Assembly: GCA_049968435.1 (NCBI GenBank)
Contig: JBMFQU010000001.1
Span: 609 to 64,608 of the forward strand
DNA length: 64,000 bases
Direction: 5' to 3'
From: Brevinematia bacterium
GTDB taxonomy: Bacteria; Spirochaetota; Brevinematia; DTOW01
This document shows positions 9,124 through 18,618 of the stretch, piece after piece. The notes below the pieces were generated by a model. It had not been told where the DNA came from, did no database searches, and saw only the letters and a list, made by a program, of their open reading frames with translations. Position 1 is the first letter of the stretch; each line of letters begins with the position of its first letter. The translations under genes and the position numbers were made by a program.

Positions 9124-9891
9124 TTATTCTTGTTTTTCAAAGTAATTTTTTAAAGATCCTATACCTTCTATTTCAATTATTATTTCGTCTCCATTTTTCA
9201 TTTCTCCTATGCCGGGTGGAGTACCTGTTGCTATTACATCTCCTGGTAGCAAAGTCATTATTTTTGATACAAAGCTTACTATTTCTTCAACTCCGAATAT
9301 CATATTTGAAGTTGTTGAATTTTGTTTGATTTCTCCGTTTAGGTATGCTCTTATTTTTAAATTTCTCCAATCTAAATCAGTTTCAATCCATGGCCCTATA
9401 GGACAGAATGTATCAAATGATTTTGCTCTAGTCCATTGCCCATCCTTATTTTGGAAGTATCTTTCAGTTACATCATTTAAACATGTAAAACCTAAAATAT
9501 AGTCTTTTGCTTCTTCGGGGGAGATGTTTTTACATTTTTTTGATATAACTACTGCTAATTCTGCTTCATAGTCAACTCTTTGGCAAAATTTAGGAGCTGT
9601 TATTGTTTCCTCTGGTCCTATTACAGAAGTGGTAGGTTTTAGAAAAAGTATAGGTTCCTCTGGTATTGGCATTTTAAGTTCTTCTGCATGATCTCGGTAG
9701 TTTAAACCAACACATACAACCTTTGAAGGGATTGTTGGTACTAAAATGTTTATTTCTTCAATTTTAAAACTCTTCTCTTCTAATTCAAAATCAGAAAATA
9801 TACTTCCTTTTATAGGAATAGTAATTTTCTCTTCTTCATCAAAAACACCTTGATAAATTTTACCTTCATGTTCAAATCTTCCTAGCTTCAT
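9124..9891 (-). CDS. Fumarylacetoacetate hydrolase (FAH) family protein. The probable start is MKLGRF.
   Basis: 'GLNYRDHAEE' and 'GDVIATGTPPGIG' FAH signatures. Confidence 0.7.
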   Translation of the reverse strand: MKLGRFEHEGKIYQGVFDEEEKITIPIKGSIFSDFELEEKSFKIEEINILVPTIPSKVVCVGLNYRDHAEELKMPIPEEPILFLKPTTSVIGPEETITAPKFCQRVDYEAELAVVISKKCKNISPEEAKDYILGFTCLNDVTERYFQNKDGQWTRAKSFDTFCPIGPWIETDLDWRNLKIRAYLNGEIKQNSTTSNMIFGVEEIVSFVSKIMTLLPGDVIATGTPPGIGEMKNGDEIIIEIEGIGSLKNYFEKQE

Positions 9892-10278
9892 AGTAGTATA
9901 AATGTAAAAGTATTTGCTTGTTCTTTTCAAATAGATTGAATTTATTTTGTAAAAATCTTTCTAAATTTATTAAGAATTGAGGCTTTATATTTTCTTACTT
10001 CTATGAAATACTAATAGTATGTGGAATTTTTACAAATCATGGTGTGAATACTAAAATAAATTTCTAAAAATTTCTAAACTTTGTTAGAAATAGAGAACTT
10101 TTTCTTACCAATTTAACAATTTACAGAAAGAGGTTAAGGTGAAGCTTTCTTAAATTACTTACTTAATGGAAGCAGTGAAGGCGAAGCTTACTTTGGAATG
10201 ATTAAGGAGGTATTACTAGGAAGCGAAGCCTTCTGTTGCACTAAAGGGCTTATGGGGAACAAAAAGAAGCTTATAAAA

Positions 10279-10372
10279 TTTCTTAACTTCTATTAGGAGG
10301 TAAATTTTTTATATTCTCTTACTTTTAGTAGGACCTAATATGAATTTAGAATTTTCCTAACAAATTAGAGGT
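10279..10372 (+). repeat. Second copy of the about 95-bp intergenic repeat module (see 3866-3962).
   Basis: By-eye alignment; about 80% identity. Confidence 0.6.
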
Positions 10373-10382
10373 AGGTATTACT

Positions 10383-10401
10383 AGGAGGACGAAGTCTTCC
10401 T
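10383..10401 (+). repeat. REP-like hairpin 'aggaggacgaagtcttcct'. A sister copy 'aggaagcgaagccttct' lies at 10218-10234.
   Basis: Imperfect inverted repeat with a GAA loop. The same stem recurs as a terminator at 46779-46800. Confidence 0.55.
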
Positions 10402-10558
10402 GTAGAACTCAGGGGAGGTTTCTAAAATTCTTAACTTCTATTAGAAGAGTTGAATCTTTGGTTTTAGTAGAAAGAAGAAGTTGAAGATAAGAATATTATT
10501 TACTTGGATAATTTGAAAAATAGTATTATTATAATTTACATTAAATTAGGGGGAGATC

Positions 10559-11008
10559 ATGAGAAGAAATATTGTTTTTTTGTTGTTTGTATTCACTTTA
10601 ATATTTCTATTTTCTTGCTCAAAGAAAGAAGATAAGGTTGGAAGAGAACTTGAAGATAAAATGTCTAAACTTTTAGGTCAGATCGTTGTTGAATTGAAAG
10701 AACCTAAGGTTATAGATAATCTTGATCCTAGAAAATTTGTTGAGTTGAGCGCTATTATGCTTGTTAGCAATTATTATTGGACTAAAGAACTTATTAGTTC
10801 AAATTCAAATGTGTCTCCTGAGGAAATTGATAGTTATAAAACTTTAAAAAAGCAGCAGCTTTTGTCTTCTTTTGGTTTAACTCTTGATGATTATGAGAAT
10901 TATTCAATCAAAAATTACAAAGAACTACAAGAGTTTTCTAAAGAGAATCCTGAAGTTATGGACTTGTATAATGAAATTGCCAGATCATTACCTACTTTTG
11001 AGGATTGA
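10559..11008 (+). CDS. Hypothetical lipoprotein
   Basis: Signal peptide with a lipobox 'LFSC'. No recognisable domain. Confidence 0.4.
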   Translation: MRRNIVFLLFVFTLIFLFSCSKKEDKVGRELEDKMSKLLGQIVVELKEPKVIDNLDPRKFVELSAIMLVSNYYWTKELISSNSNVSPEEIDSYKTLKKQQLLSSFGLTLDDYENYSIKNYKELQEFSKENPEVMDLYNEIARSLPTFED

Positions 11009-11126
11009 TTTTAATAAATTAGGTTAATTAAGTATTAATAGAAGTTTTAGAGGTTTTTTGAAAAATTTGAAATAGTTTTGATAGTAATATTATAATAATC
11101 TTTAAGTATTGAAGGTGGAGGATAGT

Positions 11127-11960
11127 ATGTCTGATGTTGTTCAGGAAAGTCAGATGGAGATACAACCTTTCTCTTCTGAGAAGGTTAATATTAATATTCT
11201 TTTAGAAGCTGGGGCTCACTTTGGGCATCAAAAGAGTAAATGGAATCCTAAAATGAAGGAGTATATTTTTGCTTCTAAAGGTAATGTTCATATAATTAAT
11301 CTTCAGAAGACTTTAGAAAAATTAAAGGAAGCTTATGAGTTTGCTAAAGAAATGGCTAAACAAGGTGCTAGGTTTTTGTTTGTTGGTACTAGAAAGCAAG
11401 CTCAGGATATCATAAAGCAAGAAGCTCTTGCTTGTGGTCAGTTCTATATAAATACTAAATGGATTCCAGGTACTTTGACTAATTTCCCTTCTATAAGAAG
11501 ATCTATTCAAAATTTGATGAGGATAGAAAAGATGGAAGCTGACGGTTCTATAAATCAACTTCCGAAAAGTGAAATAAATAAGGTAATGAAGTTAAAGAAG
11601 AAACTTTTGGAGAAGTTAGAGGGTATTAAAGAGATGAAGACGCTTCCAGATGTTCTTTACATTGTAGATATCACTAAAGAGGAAATTGCTGTTAAGGAAG
11701 CTAGGAAGATGGGGATTCCTATTATTGCTATTGTTGATACTAATGCTGATCCTACATTAGTTGATTATCCAATTCCGGCGAATGACGATGCAGTTAGATC
11801 AATACAAATCATTACTGAGGTTATAAAGAGTGCGATATTAGAGGGCGAAAATTATGCAGTTAAGAAAGAAATAGAAGAGATATCTGAAGAGGAAAAACCA
11901 GATTTAAGTGTTCCAGAAGATATTTCTGATAAACTAGAGAGTATGGAAGATAGAGATTAA
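11127..11960 (+). CDS. rpsB: 30S ribosomal protein S2
   Basis: 'LLEAGAHFGHQKSKWNPKM' S2 signature. A GGAGG lies 7 nt upstream of the ATG at 11127. Confidence 0.85.
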   Translation: MSDVVQESQMEIQPFSSEKVNINILLEAGAHFGHQKSKWNPKMKEYIFASKGNVHIINLQKTLEKLKEAYEFAKEMAKQGARFLFVGTRKQAQDIIKQEALACGQFYINTKWIPGTLTNFPSIRRSIQNLMRIEKMEADGSINQLPKSEINKVMKLKKKLLEKLEGIKEMKTLPDVLYIVDITKEEIAVKEARKMGIPIIAIVDTNADPTLVDYPIPANDDAVRSIQIITEVIKSAILEGENYAVKKEIEEISEEEKPDLSVPEDISDKLESMEDRD

Positions 11961-11962
11961 AT

Positions 11963-12685
11963 ATGGTTATTTCTTATGAGTATAAGAATGTAAAGATTGG
12001 ATTGGATATTCCTAACTTTAATGATCCAAAATCGGTTGATGAGTTTGATTTAGTAAACTTTTCTATCTCATCCGTTCTTCATCCTAATCTTGCAAATAGT
12101 GATTTTAATGTTTTTTTACCTAATCAAGTTCATGGTGATGATATTATAGTTTTAAAGCAAAATAAGATTCATTACAAATCTCAAATTTTTGACTTTGATT
12201 ATTCTTTATCTAGGACTTTGGAAGCAGATGCTATTGTTAGTTTTGATAAGGAAGTTATAATTGGAGTTAGGACTGCCGACTGTGCACCCATTCTTTTTAG
12301 TGATGGTATTTTGACCGGTGTTATTCATGCTGGATGGAGGGGGCTTAAGGCTGGGATAATTCAGAAGACTATTAACTTTATAAAGGATGAAGTTGGTTTT
12401 GATTCAAGTTCTTTTGTGTTTTTTATCTTACCATGTATTCATGTTTGCTGCTATGAGGTGGGAAAAGAATTTTTAGAGTGGGGAGAGAAATTTTGCCATA
12501 TTAAGGGAGATAAGATTTTTTTTGATATACCTAAGTTCGTATTTTCTACTTTATCTAATTTAGGTGTGGTTGAAGATAATATTTTCTATTCGCCTCTTTG
12601 CACAAGTTGTTATTCTAATGTTTTACCTTCATATAGGGCTAGTAAAACCGAGGAAAGAATGGTTTCATTTATTTCTTTGACTTAA
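11963..12685 (+). CDS. pgeF: YfiH/PgeF-family (DUF152) purine-nucleoside phosphorylase / laccase-domain protein
   Basis: 'RTADCAPIL' and 'HAGWRG' conserved Cys/His motifs. Confidence 0.7.
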   Translation: MVISYEYKNVKIGLDIPNFNDPKSVDEFDLVNFSISSVLHPNLANSDFNVFLPNQVHGDDIIVLKQNKIHYKSQIFDFDYSLSRTLEADAIVSFDKEVIIGVRTADCAPILFSDGILTGVIHAGWRGLKAGIIQKTINFIKDEVGFDSSSFVFFILPCIHVCCYEVGKEFLEWGEKFCHIKGDKIFFDIPKFVFSTLSNLGVVEDNIFYSPLCTSCYSNVLPSYRASKTEERMVSFISLT

Positions 12686-12855
12686 TTTGTTTTACTCTTT
12701 ATTGGAAGAATTAAAAGCGTAGACTTGACTAATCCAAACTGTAACTTTCAGTTCTATCACTAAGAAAGGTAAATTTTCTTATGGAGGTAATGGAAGAAGC
12801 AAAGGCAAATTTTGTTTTTGTGGCTTTCCAATCTTTCCAAATAGTAGGTACTACT

Positions 12856-12877
12856 AGGAGGATGCGAAGCCTTCGCT
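12856..12877 (+). repeat. REP-like hairpin 'aggaggatgcgaagccttcgc', preceded by 'gtaggtactactagg'.
   Basis: Shares 'ggta.gta.tactaggagg..cgaag.cttc' with 10205-10235, 10371-10401 and 48511-48540. Confidence 0.55.
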
Positions 12878-13068
12878 AAGTAGGAGTTAGGAATTTGTAA
12901 TTAGGAATTTGGGAATAGGTGATTGTGGGATAAGTAAAGGGAGATCTTGATAAGAGGGTTGAACCCTCTTAACGCACTAAAGGGTGGGGAAGATAATAAA
13001 AGTATTTTTAAAACACTATTTAAAATTTGTTGTTAGTATTACATAACTAATTTATAATACTGCTAACG

Positions 13069-14319
13069 ATGGCAGAAGAAATATCATTCAGAGTAGTAAA
13101 GTATAAACCCAATACTTACATAGTAATAGAAGGAGATAGGATACCTGAGGAATTTTACATAATTCAGTCAGGGAAAGTACAAGTTTTTGAAACAATAGAT
13201 CCCATAATAAAGGGTACAAAGGAAGGGACAACTCTACAAAAAGGAGACTTTTTTGGAGTAGTATCTTGTATGAGTAGAAGAAACAATATGGAAACAGTTA
13301 TAGCATTAGAAGAAACTTCATTATTAGCAGTAAAGAGATCTCAGTTTGGGGATCTAATCCAAAAGAGCGCACCAATAGCTGTAAAGATACTTAGGTTTTT
13401 TAGTAAAAAACTCAGAGAATACGATTCTACTTTAACGAAACTCACTTTTAAGTCAAAATCAGAGGAAGATCCATACCAGCTATTTAACATAGCAGAGTTC
13501 TATTACTCAAAAAAGATGTTTGAACAAGCAGCATATGCTTATAGAAAGTACATAGAGTATTGTCCAGATGGTGGATATATTCCAAGTGCAAAAATGAAGT
13601 TAGCATCAATTGATCCAATGATCGCATTAGCAGAACCAGAAGTGATAGAGTCTAAATCAATAGAAAGGTACCATGATAACCAAGTTATATTCTGCGAACA
13701 CGAATACGGTGAAAAAGCTTATGTAATACTAAAAGGTAATGTCAGAATAACAAAATTTGTAAACGGAAATGAAGTATTATTAGCTGTTTTGAAAGAAGGA
13801 GATGTATTTGGAGAGATGGCAATCCTTGAAAATAGACCAAGAAGTGCAACAGCAACGGCAGTCGGAGAAACAGAATTACTTTACATCAAAAAGGAAAACT
13901 TTGAAATGATGGTACACACCAATCCAGATATAGCAACAAAAATTATAGAGCTACTAAGTGATAGGATTTGGACAATATATCGTCAGTTAGCAAATATAGT
14001 ATTGAAAGATCCAACAGCAAGAATATATGACGCAATAATGATACAGATAGAAAAAAATAGAATACCCATAAAACCTAAAGAATCATTTACGCTTAATTTC
14101 ACTGTAGAAGACTTAATAAAATTTTTAGGTTATCCAATGGATGAAGGCAAAAAATACTTAAAACAAGTACTTGATACCGATAAAAATATAACAATATCAC
14201 AAAACAACAAAATAGTAATAAATGATTTAGAAAAACTAGTAAAGGATGTTACATTCTATAAGAAAAAACTACTCTTAGATCTAAAAATTCAAATGAGTAG
14301 ATCACAGACGAACAGGTAA
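13069..14319 (+). CDS. Crp-like regulator with two cyclic-nucleotide-binding domains, a TPR-like middle segment and a probable C-terminal wHTH.
   Basis: Two cNMP-binding beta-roll motifs ('GDFFGVVSCM..RR', 'GDVFGEMAILENRPRSATA') and a C-terminal helix-turn-helix-like 'FTVEDLIKFLGY..KKYLKQ'. Confidence 0.6.
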   Translation: MAEEISFRVVKYKPNTYIVIEGDRIPEEFYIIQSGKVQVFETIDPIIKGTKEGTTLQKGDFFGVVSCMSRRNNMETVIALEETSLLAVKRSQFGDLIQKSAPIAVKILRFFSKKLREYDSTLTKLTFKSKSEEDPYQLFNIAEFYYSKKMFEQAAYAYRKYIEYCPDGGYIPSAKMKLASIDPMIALAEPEVIESKSIERYHDNQVIFCEHEYGEKAYVILKGNVRITKFVNGNEVLLAVLKEGDVFGEMAILENRPRSATATAVGETELLYIKKENFEMMVHTNPDIATKIIELLSDRIWTIYRQLANIVLKDPTARIYDAIMIQIEKNRIPIKPKESFTLNFTVEDLIKFLGYPMDEGKKYLKQVLDTDKNITISQNNKIVINDLEKLVKDVTFYKKKLLLDLKIQMSRSQTNR

Positions 14320-14321
14320 AT

Positions 14322-16262
14322 CTACTTTAAACTTTTTTTCCTAACTTCATAAACATTCGTACCTGCCTTTGATTTTACAGTAACTGTAAAGTTCTTTTTT
14401 ATGTAATCTTCTATTATTTTTCTTTTACTAATATTCCACATGTTATCACCCTGCCTAATTACCACATAACTACCATCAAGGAGCTTTAATTTATTACCTG
14501 GATAAACCCAATCTGGATCTTCCCACTTTTTAGGTTTTCTGTAAGTAAGGGGCTTATAACCATTTATAACTGCTACTTTATTAACATACACCCATATATC
14601 GTAATCAGTAATAGTTATACCCAATGTCTTCTGAACTTCTGTAAGCTCAGGTTCGTATATGTTATCAAGGTTTGAAATTATTTGACTAACTCTTCTCTCT
14701 TCTTGAGTAAGAGAAATCCCAAAAAAATTATAAATACTCTCTCTAAATAATAACCCTACACCTCCAACTAAAAGCAATAAAACTAAAACTCCTAACACCC
14801 ACCAATATCTAAATCTAAAAAACCCATCAGTATAACTTCTTCTTTCAGAAGAAATTTTCTTTCTTTTTTCTTCTGTCACAACCTTATGTTTTTCCTCGAC
14901 TGAGGAAACCTCAGAAACAAAATCACCTTCACTAACCTTTCTTTTAGCAATCTCTTGAATTTCTTCTCCTTTTTCAGTTCCTTCTAATCTTTCACTCTTA
15001 ACAAGTAAATTAATTTTATCAGTATAAGCTAGAGAGTAAACAAATTCATAAGCATCTATAAGCTCCTCAAGTCTTTTTCTATCGTTAGCTACCCGCCTAT
15101 TATCTTTCTCGAATTCTTTCTCTATATCAGATACAAAAATCCTTTTATCAGTTATCTTTCTCATATTTTCTCTTACATTCAAGAACTCTTTGTCAAAATC
15201 ACCTTCAACGGGATCCATAAAAATAATATCAGAGTAAAAACCAGTAAATTTTTGCTTATTGAAATTTTCTAAAACAACATACTCCTTATCATAAAGCTCT
15301 AATTTATTTTTAACTTCTCCATCTCCCAAAATAAGATTTTTATCTCTACCGTCCCTATCTTTAAGTGGAATATAATACTTTCCTTCCTCTAAAACAATAT
15401 TTACATTATTTATGATATTTATCCTATCGCTCACATCAACAAACTTGATACCAACATTAAACTGTTTGAAATCTTCAAAGACAGATCTATTGGTAAAAAC
15501 TTTTAAACTACTCCTATCAAAAATTAATCTAATCCCATCTATAAGGGAAATAACATCATTACCTATAACTTCTCTTACTTTTGCAAGAGGTACAAAATTT
15601 TTCAAAAAAGATCTTTCATCAAATTGATCAGTTATGACAAATATTTCTCCATTCTTAGTCTTTATAACATAACTACCTGAAATTCTTAATATAGAGTTAT
15701 TGGGCAAAAGATCATAAAACTTTAAAGAGAACAAATATACTATCTTAGAAGTCGTCAAATCATTGTTTATAGTACTAAACATATCAAATATCTTTTTACC
15801 ACTAAATGTAATGGCAAAATTAGCATTATCGTATAAAAGTACATAGCTCTTATACTTCTCACTTATTTCAGATAAAACTTTGTTAAGTTCCTTCTCTTCA
15901 CCTGATTTATCAATCACTTTAACGTTAACCTTATGATGAAACTCCTTCTTTAGAAATTTAAGAATTACATTATAAACACTACTAGGCACAATAAAATTAG
16001 TATCAAATTCATCAGTTTCAATTTGTTTTATTTCATCCTTCAATGAAGAAAGATAACCAGCACTTACAACCACATTGGATATATGTTTTTTTATTTTTTC
16101 GATATAAGTCGAATAACCCACCCTTATAAATGGTCTCTCATCAAGAGGAGAAAAACCTGTAAAAACAACATAACAATCTCTATCTACTTTAAAAACTCTT
16201 TTATTAGGTTCGTCATTATACATCCTTATGAGAGAAATAAACTTTCTAACTTTTTCTTCCAT
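14322..16262 (-). CDS. Hypothetical 646-aa protein with a large cytoplasmic N-terminal domain, a single TM helix and a C-terminal extracytoplasmic LysM-like domain.
   Basis: TM helix 'WWVLGVLVLLLLVGGVGLLF'. The C-terminal 'DPDWVYPGNKLKL' resembles the end of a LysM fold. The N-terminal domain is unrecognised. Confidence 0.4.
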   Translation of the reverse strand: MEEKVRKFISLIRMYNDEPNKRVFKVDRDCYVVFTGFSPLDERPFIRVGYSTYIEKIKKHISNVVVSAGYLSSLKDEIKQIETDEFDTNFIVPSSVYNVILKFLKKEFHHKVNVKVIDKSGEEKELNKVLSEISEKYKSYVLLYDNANFAITFSGKKIFDMFSTINNDLTTSKIVYLFSLKFYDLLPNNSILRISGSYVIKTKNGEIFVITDQFDERSFLKNFVPLAKVREVIGNDVISLIDGIRLIFDRSSLKVFTNRSVFEDFKQFNVGIKFVDVSDRINIINNVNIVLEEGKYYIPLKDRDGRDKNLILGDGEVKNKLELYDKEYVVLENFNKQKFTGFYSDIIFMDPVEGDFDKEFLNVRENMRKITDKRIFVSDIEKEFEKDNRRVANDRKRLEELIDAYEFVYSLAYTDKINLLVKSERLEGTEKGEEIQEIAKRKVSEGDFVSEVSSVEEKHKVVTEEKRKKISSERRSYTDGFFRFRYWWVLGVLVLLLLVGGVGLLFRESIYNFFGISLTQEERRVSQIISNLDNIYEPELTEVQKTLGITITDYDIWVYVNKVAVINGYKPLTYRKPKKWEDPDWVYPGNKLKLLDGSYVVIRQGDNMWNISKRKIIEDYIKKNFTVTVKSKAGTNVYEVRKKSLK

Positions 16263-16704
16263 ATTCTACCCCCTTCAAAAGTTCCAAAAACTTTCTAATT
16301 CTTCTTTCAGAGATAATCACAACTTCTCCACTTTTCAATGTAATCTCTAAACAAGGTTTTTTATCAACAACAAACATAATAATATTATGATCTTTAAGAA
16401 CTCCATAAGAAAAGTCTTTTAATTCTGTTTCTTTAATTTGAACAATATCATCAATGCCAAAATAGAAATAAAAAAATCCCATTCTAATACCAACCTTATT
16501 ACCATCAACGCTAACGTAGAAGGTAGAGAGGTAAAAGGTATAAAAAGATACTAAAACAACAAAAAAGATTAGAATCAAAGAAGGATGAACCTCTTCAAGA
16601 AAAACATTTCCTATAGAAGTTTGATAAATAAGAAAGAATACTAAAATAAAATCTAATAAAATAAGAGGTAAATTCCTTATTAAAATAAACCTAGTATATT
16701 TCAT
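16246..16704 (-). CDS. Membrane protein with a bacterial PH (bPH_2/YdbT-like) domain
   Basis: Two N-terminal TM helices followed by about 80 aa with a PH-like beta-sandwich pattern. Overlaps both neighbours. Confidence 0.45.
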   Translation of the reverse strand: MKYTRFILIRNLPLILLDFILVFFLIYQTSIGNVFLEEVHPSLILIFFVVLVSFYTFYLSTFYVSVDGNKVGIRMGFFYFYFGIDDIVQIKETELKDFSYGVLKDHNIIMFVVDKKPCLEITLKSGEVVIISERRIRKFLELLKGVEYGRKS

Positions 16705-17540
16705 AAACTTCCTCTATACAATACTTCAACAATTTTGCATGTTTGTTTACCTTCTTTAACATCATGGACTCTTATAATAGAAGCACCATTCATAAGAGCA
16801 ACTGTATTTAGAGCTATAGTTCCTGTTAATCTCTCTTCAATAGGTACATTAAGAATACCCCCTACAATAGATTTTCTAGATAAACCAACCAATATAGGTT
16901 TTTTAAGTTGTTTAAGTTCGGCAAGTCTTCGTATTATAGAAATGTTATGTTCAAGCTTTTTACCAAAACCTATTCCAGGATCAATAATTATTTTGCTAGG
17001 ATCAACACCGAAGCTTTCAAATTTTTCTATTCTTTCTCTTAAAAACTCAGTTATTTCTCTAACAACATCTTTATACTCAGGGTTATCTTGCATACTCTTA
17101 GGAGTACCCTTTATATGCATAAGTATAATTGGAACATTATAATCTCTTATAACCCTTATCATATCTTGATCAAAAGTACCAGCAGAAATGTCATTCACAA
17201 TATCAGCACCATTTTCTATTGCTTGTTTCGCAACTTGTGATTTATAGGTATCAACCGAAATAGGTATATTTGGGAAATTTTTTCTTATTTCTCTAATTGC
17301 CGGAATAACTCTCCTTAATTCTTCTTCTAAATTTACTGGATCAGAACCAGGTCTTGTAGATTCGCCTCCTATATCAATTATATCAACTTCATCTTGAATC
17401 ATCTTACTAACAACATTAATTAGATCATCAAGTTTAACCCTGCTACCTTCAAAGAAAGAATCAGGTGTAACATTAATAATACCCATACAGTACTTATGAG
17501 ATGAGAAATCAAATTCTTTACCCCTAATAACTAAACTCAT
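16701..17540 (-). CDS. folP: Dihydropteroate synthase
   Basis: 'GIINVTPDSFFEG' and 'IDIGGESTRPGS' pterin-binding signatures. Confidence 0.85.
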   Translation of the reverse strand: MSLVIRGKEFDFSSHKYCMGIINVTPDSFFEGSRVKLDDLINVVSKMIQDEVDIIDIGGESTRPGSDPVNLEEELRRVIPAIREIRKNFPNIPISVDTYKSQVAKQAIENGADIVNDISAGTFDQDMIRVIRDYNVPIILMHIKGTPKSMQDNPEYKDVVREITEFLRERIEKFESFGVDPSKIIIDPGIGFGKKLEHNISIIRRLAELKQLKKPILVGLSRKSIVGGILNVPIEERLTGTIALNTVALMNGASIIRVHDVKEGKQTCKIVEVLYRGSL

Positions 17541-17748
17541 CTTACCTCCTCGGTTCTAAAATTATAGTTTATTAAGAAGTAAAGTTGAAAATCTTTTTAA
17601 AATCGAATTTTCTAAATATTAAAACTCTACTAAAAACAATACCTTAAACTTGTTAGAAATATCAAAAATAACCATTTCTAATAAGTTTTAGAAAGGAAAA
17701 GCAAAAACAATTAGATAAACAACTAATATTTTTCTTAAAATATTTACG

Positions 17749-18618
17749 ATGAAAATATTACTTATAGGTGCTTATGGCCAATTAGGTACAGAGTTTAGAA
17801 GATTTTTCGAAGAACATAATATTGATTATATACCAACAAGTACTAAAGAAAGAGAAGGGAAAAATTTAGTTTTAGATATCGCTAATATAAACAAAGTAAA
17901 AGAAGTATTTTCTAAATACAAATTTGATGTTGTTATAAATTGCTCAGCTTATAACTATGTAGATAAAGCTGAAGAAGAATGGCAAAAAGCTTATTCAATA
18001 AATGGTCTTGGAGTAAGGAATTTAGCAATAGAGTCAAATAAGAAGAGCATCCCTTTGGTACATTATTCTACAGATTATGTTTTTGACGGAAGTAAAACAA
18101 CACCTTTCACTATAGCTGATATACCAAATCCTCTGTCAAAATATGGTAAAAGTAAATTGTTAGGAGAGAATTTTTTAAAATCACTTACAAATAAATACAT
18201 ACTCATAAGAGTAAGCTGGGTTTTTGGTAAAGGAGGGGAGACGAATTTCATAAAAAAACTAATAGAATGGTCTAAAAAAGGTGAAGTTAGAGTTTCAACA
18301 GACGAAATTTCAGCACCTACCTATACAAAAACAATTGTCAATGCAACTTGGAAACTTCTAGAAGTAGAAGGGTTTGGAATCTATCATCTTTCAAACGAGG
18401 GAGAGTGTAGCAGATATGAATACGCTAAGTTTATACTAGAAACATTAAACTGGAAAGGAAAGCTTTACGAAGCAAAGCAAGAAGACTTTAACTTACCGGC
18501 AAGAAGACCCAAATACTCAAAGTTAGATAACTTTGGCATGAAAGAAACTATAAAAATTGAAATACCTCATTGGAAAGAAGTTGTAGGAAAATATATGAAG
18601 GAGGAACTAAATTTATGA
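17749..18618 (+). CDS. rfbD: dTDP-4-dehydrorhamnose reductase
   Basis: 'MKILLIGAYGQLG' Rossmann motif and RmlD-like length. ATGA overlap with rfbB. Confidence 0.8.
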   Translation: MKILLIGAYGQLGTEFRRFFEEHNIDYIPTSTKEREGKNLVLDIANINKVKEVFSKYKFDVVINCSAYNYVDKAEEEWQKAYSINGLGVRNLAIESNKKSIPLVHYSTDYVFDGSKTTPFTIADIPNPLSKYGKSKLLGENFLKSLTNKYILIRVSWVFGKGGETNFIKKLIEWSKKGEVRVSTDEISAPTYTKTIVNATWKLLEVEGFGIYHLSNEGECSRYEYAKFILETLNWKGKLYEAKQEDFNLPARRPKYSKLDNFGMKETIKIEIPHWKEVVGKYMKEELNL

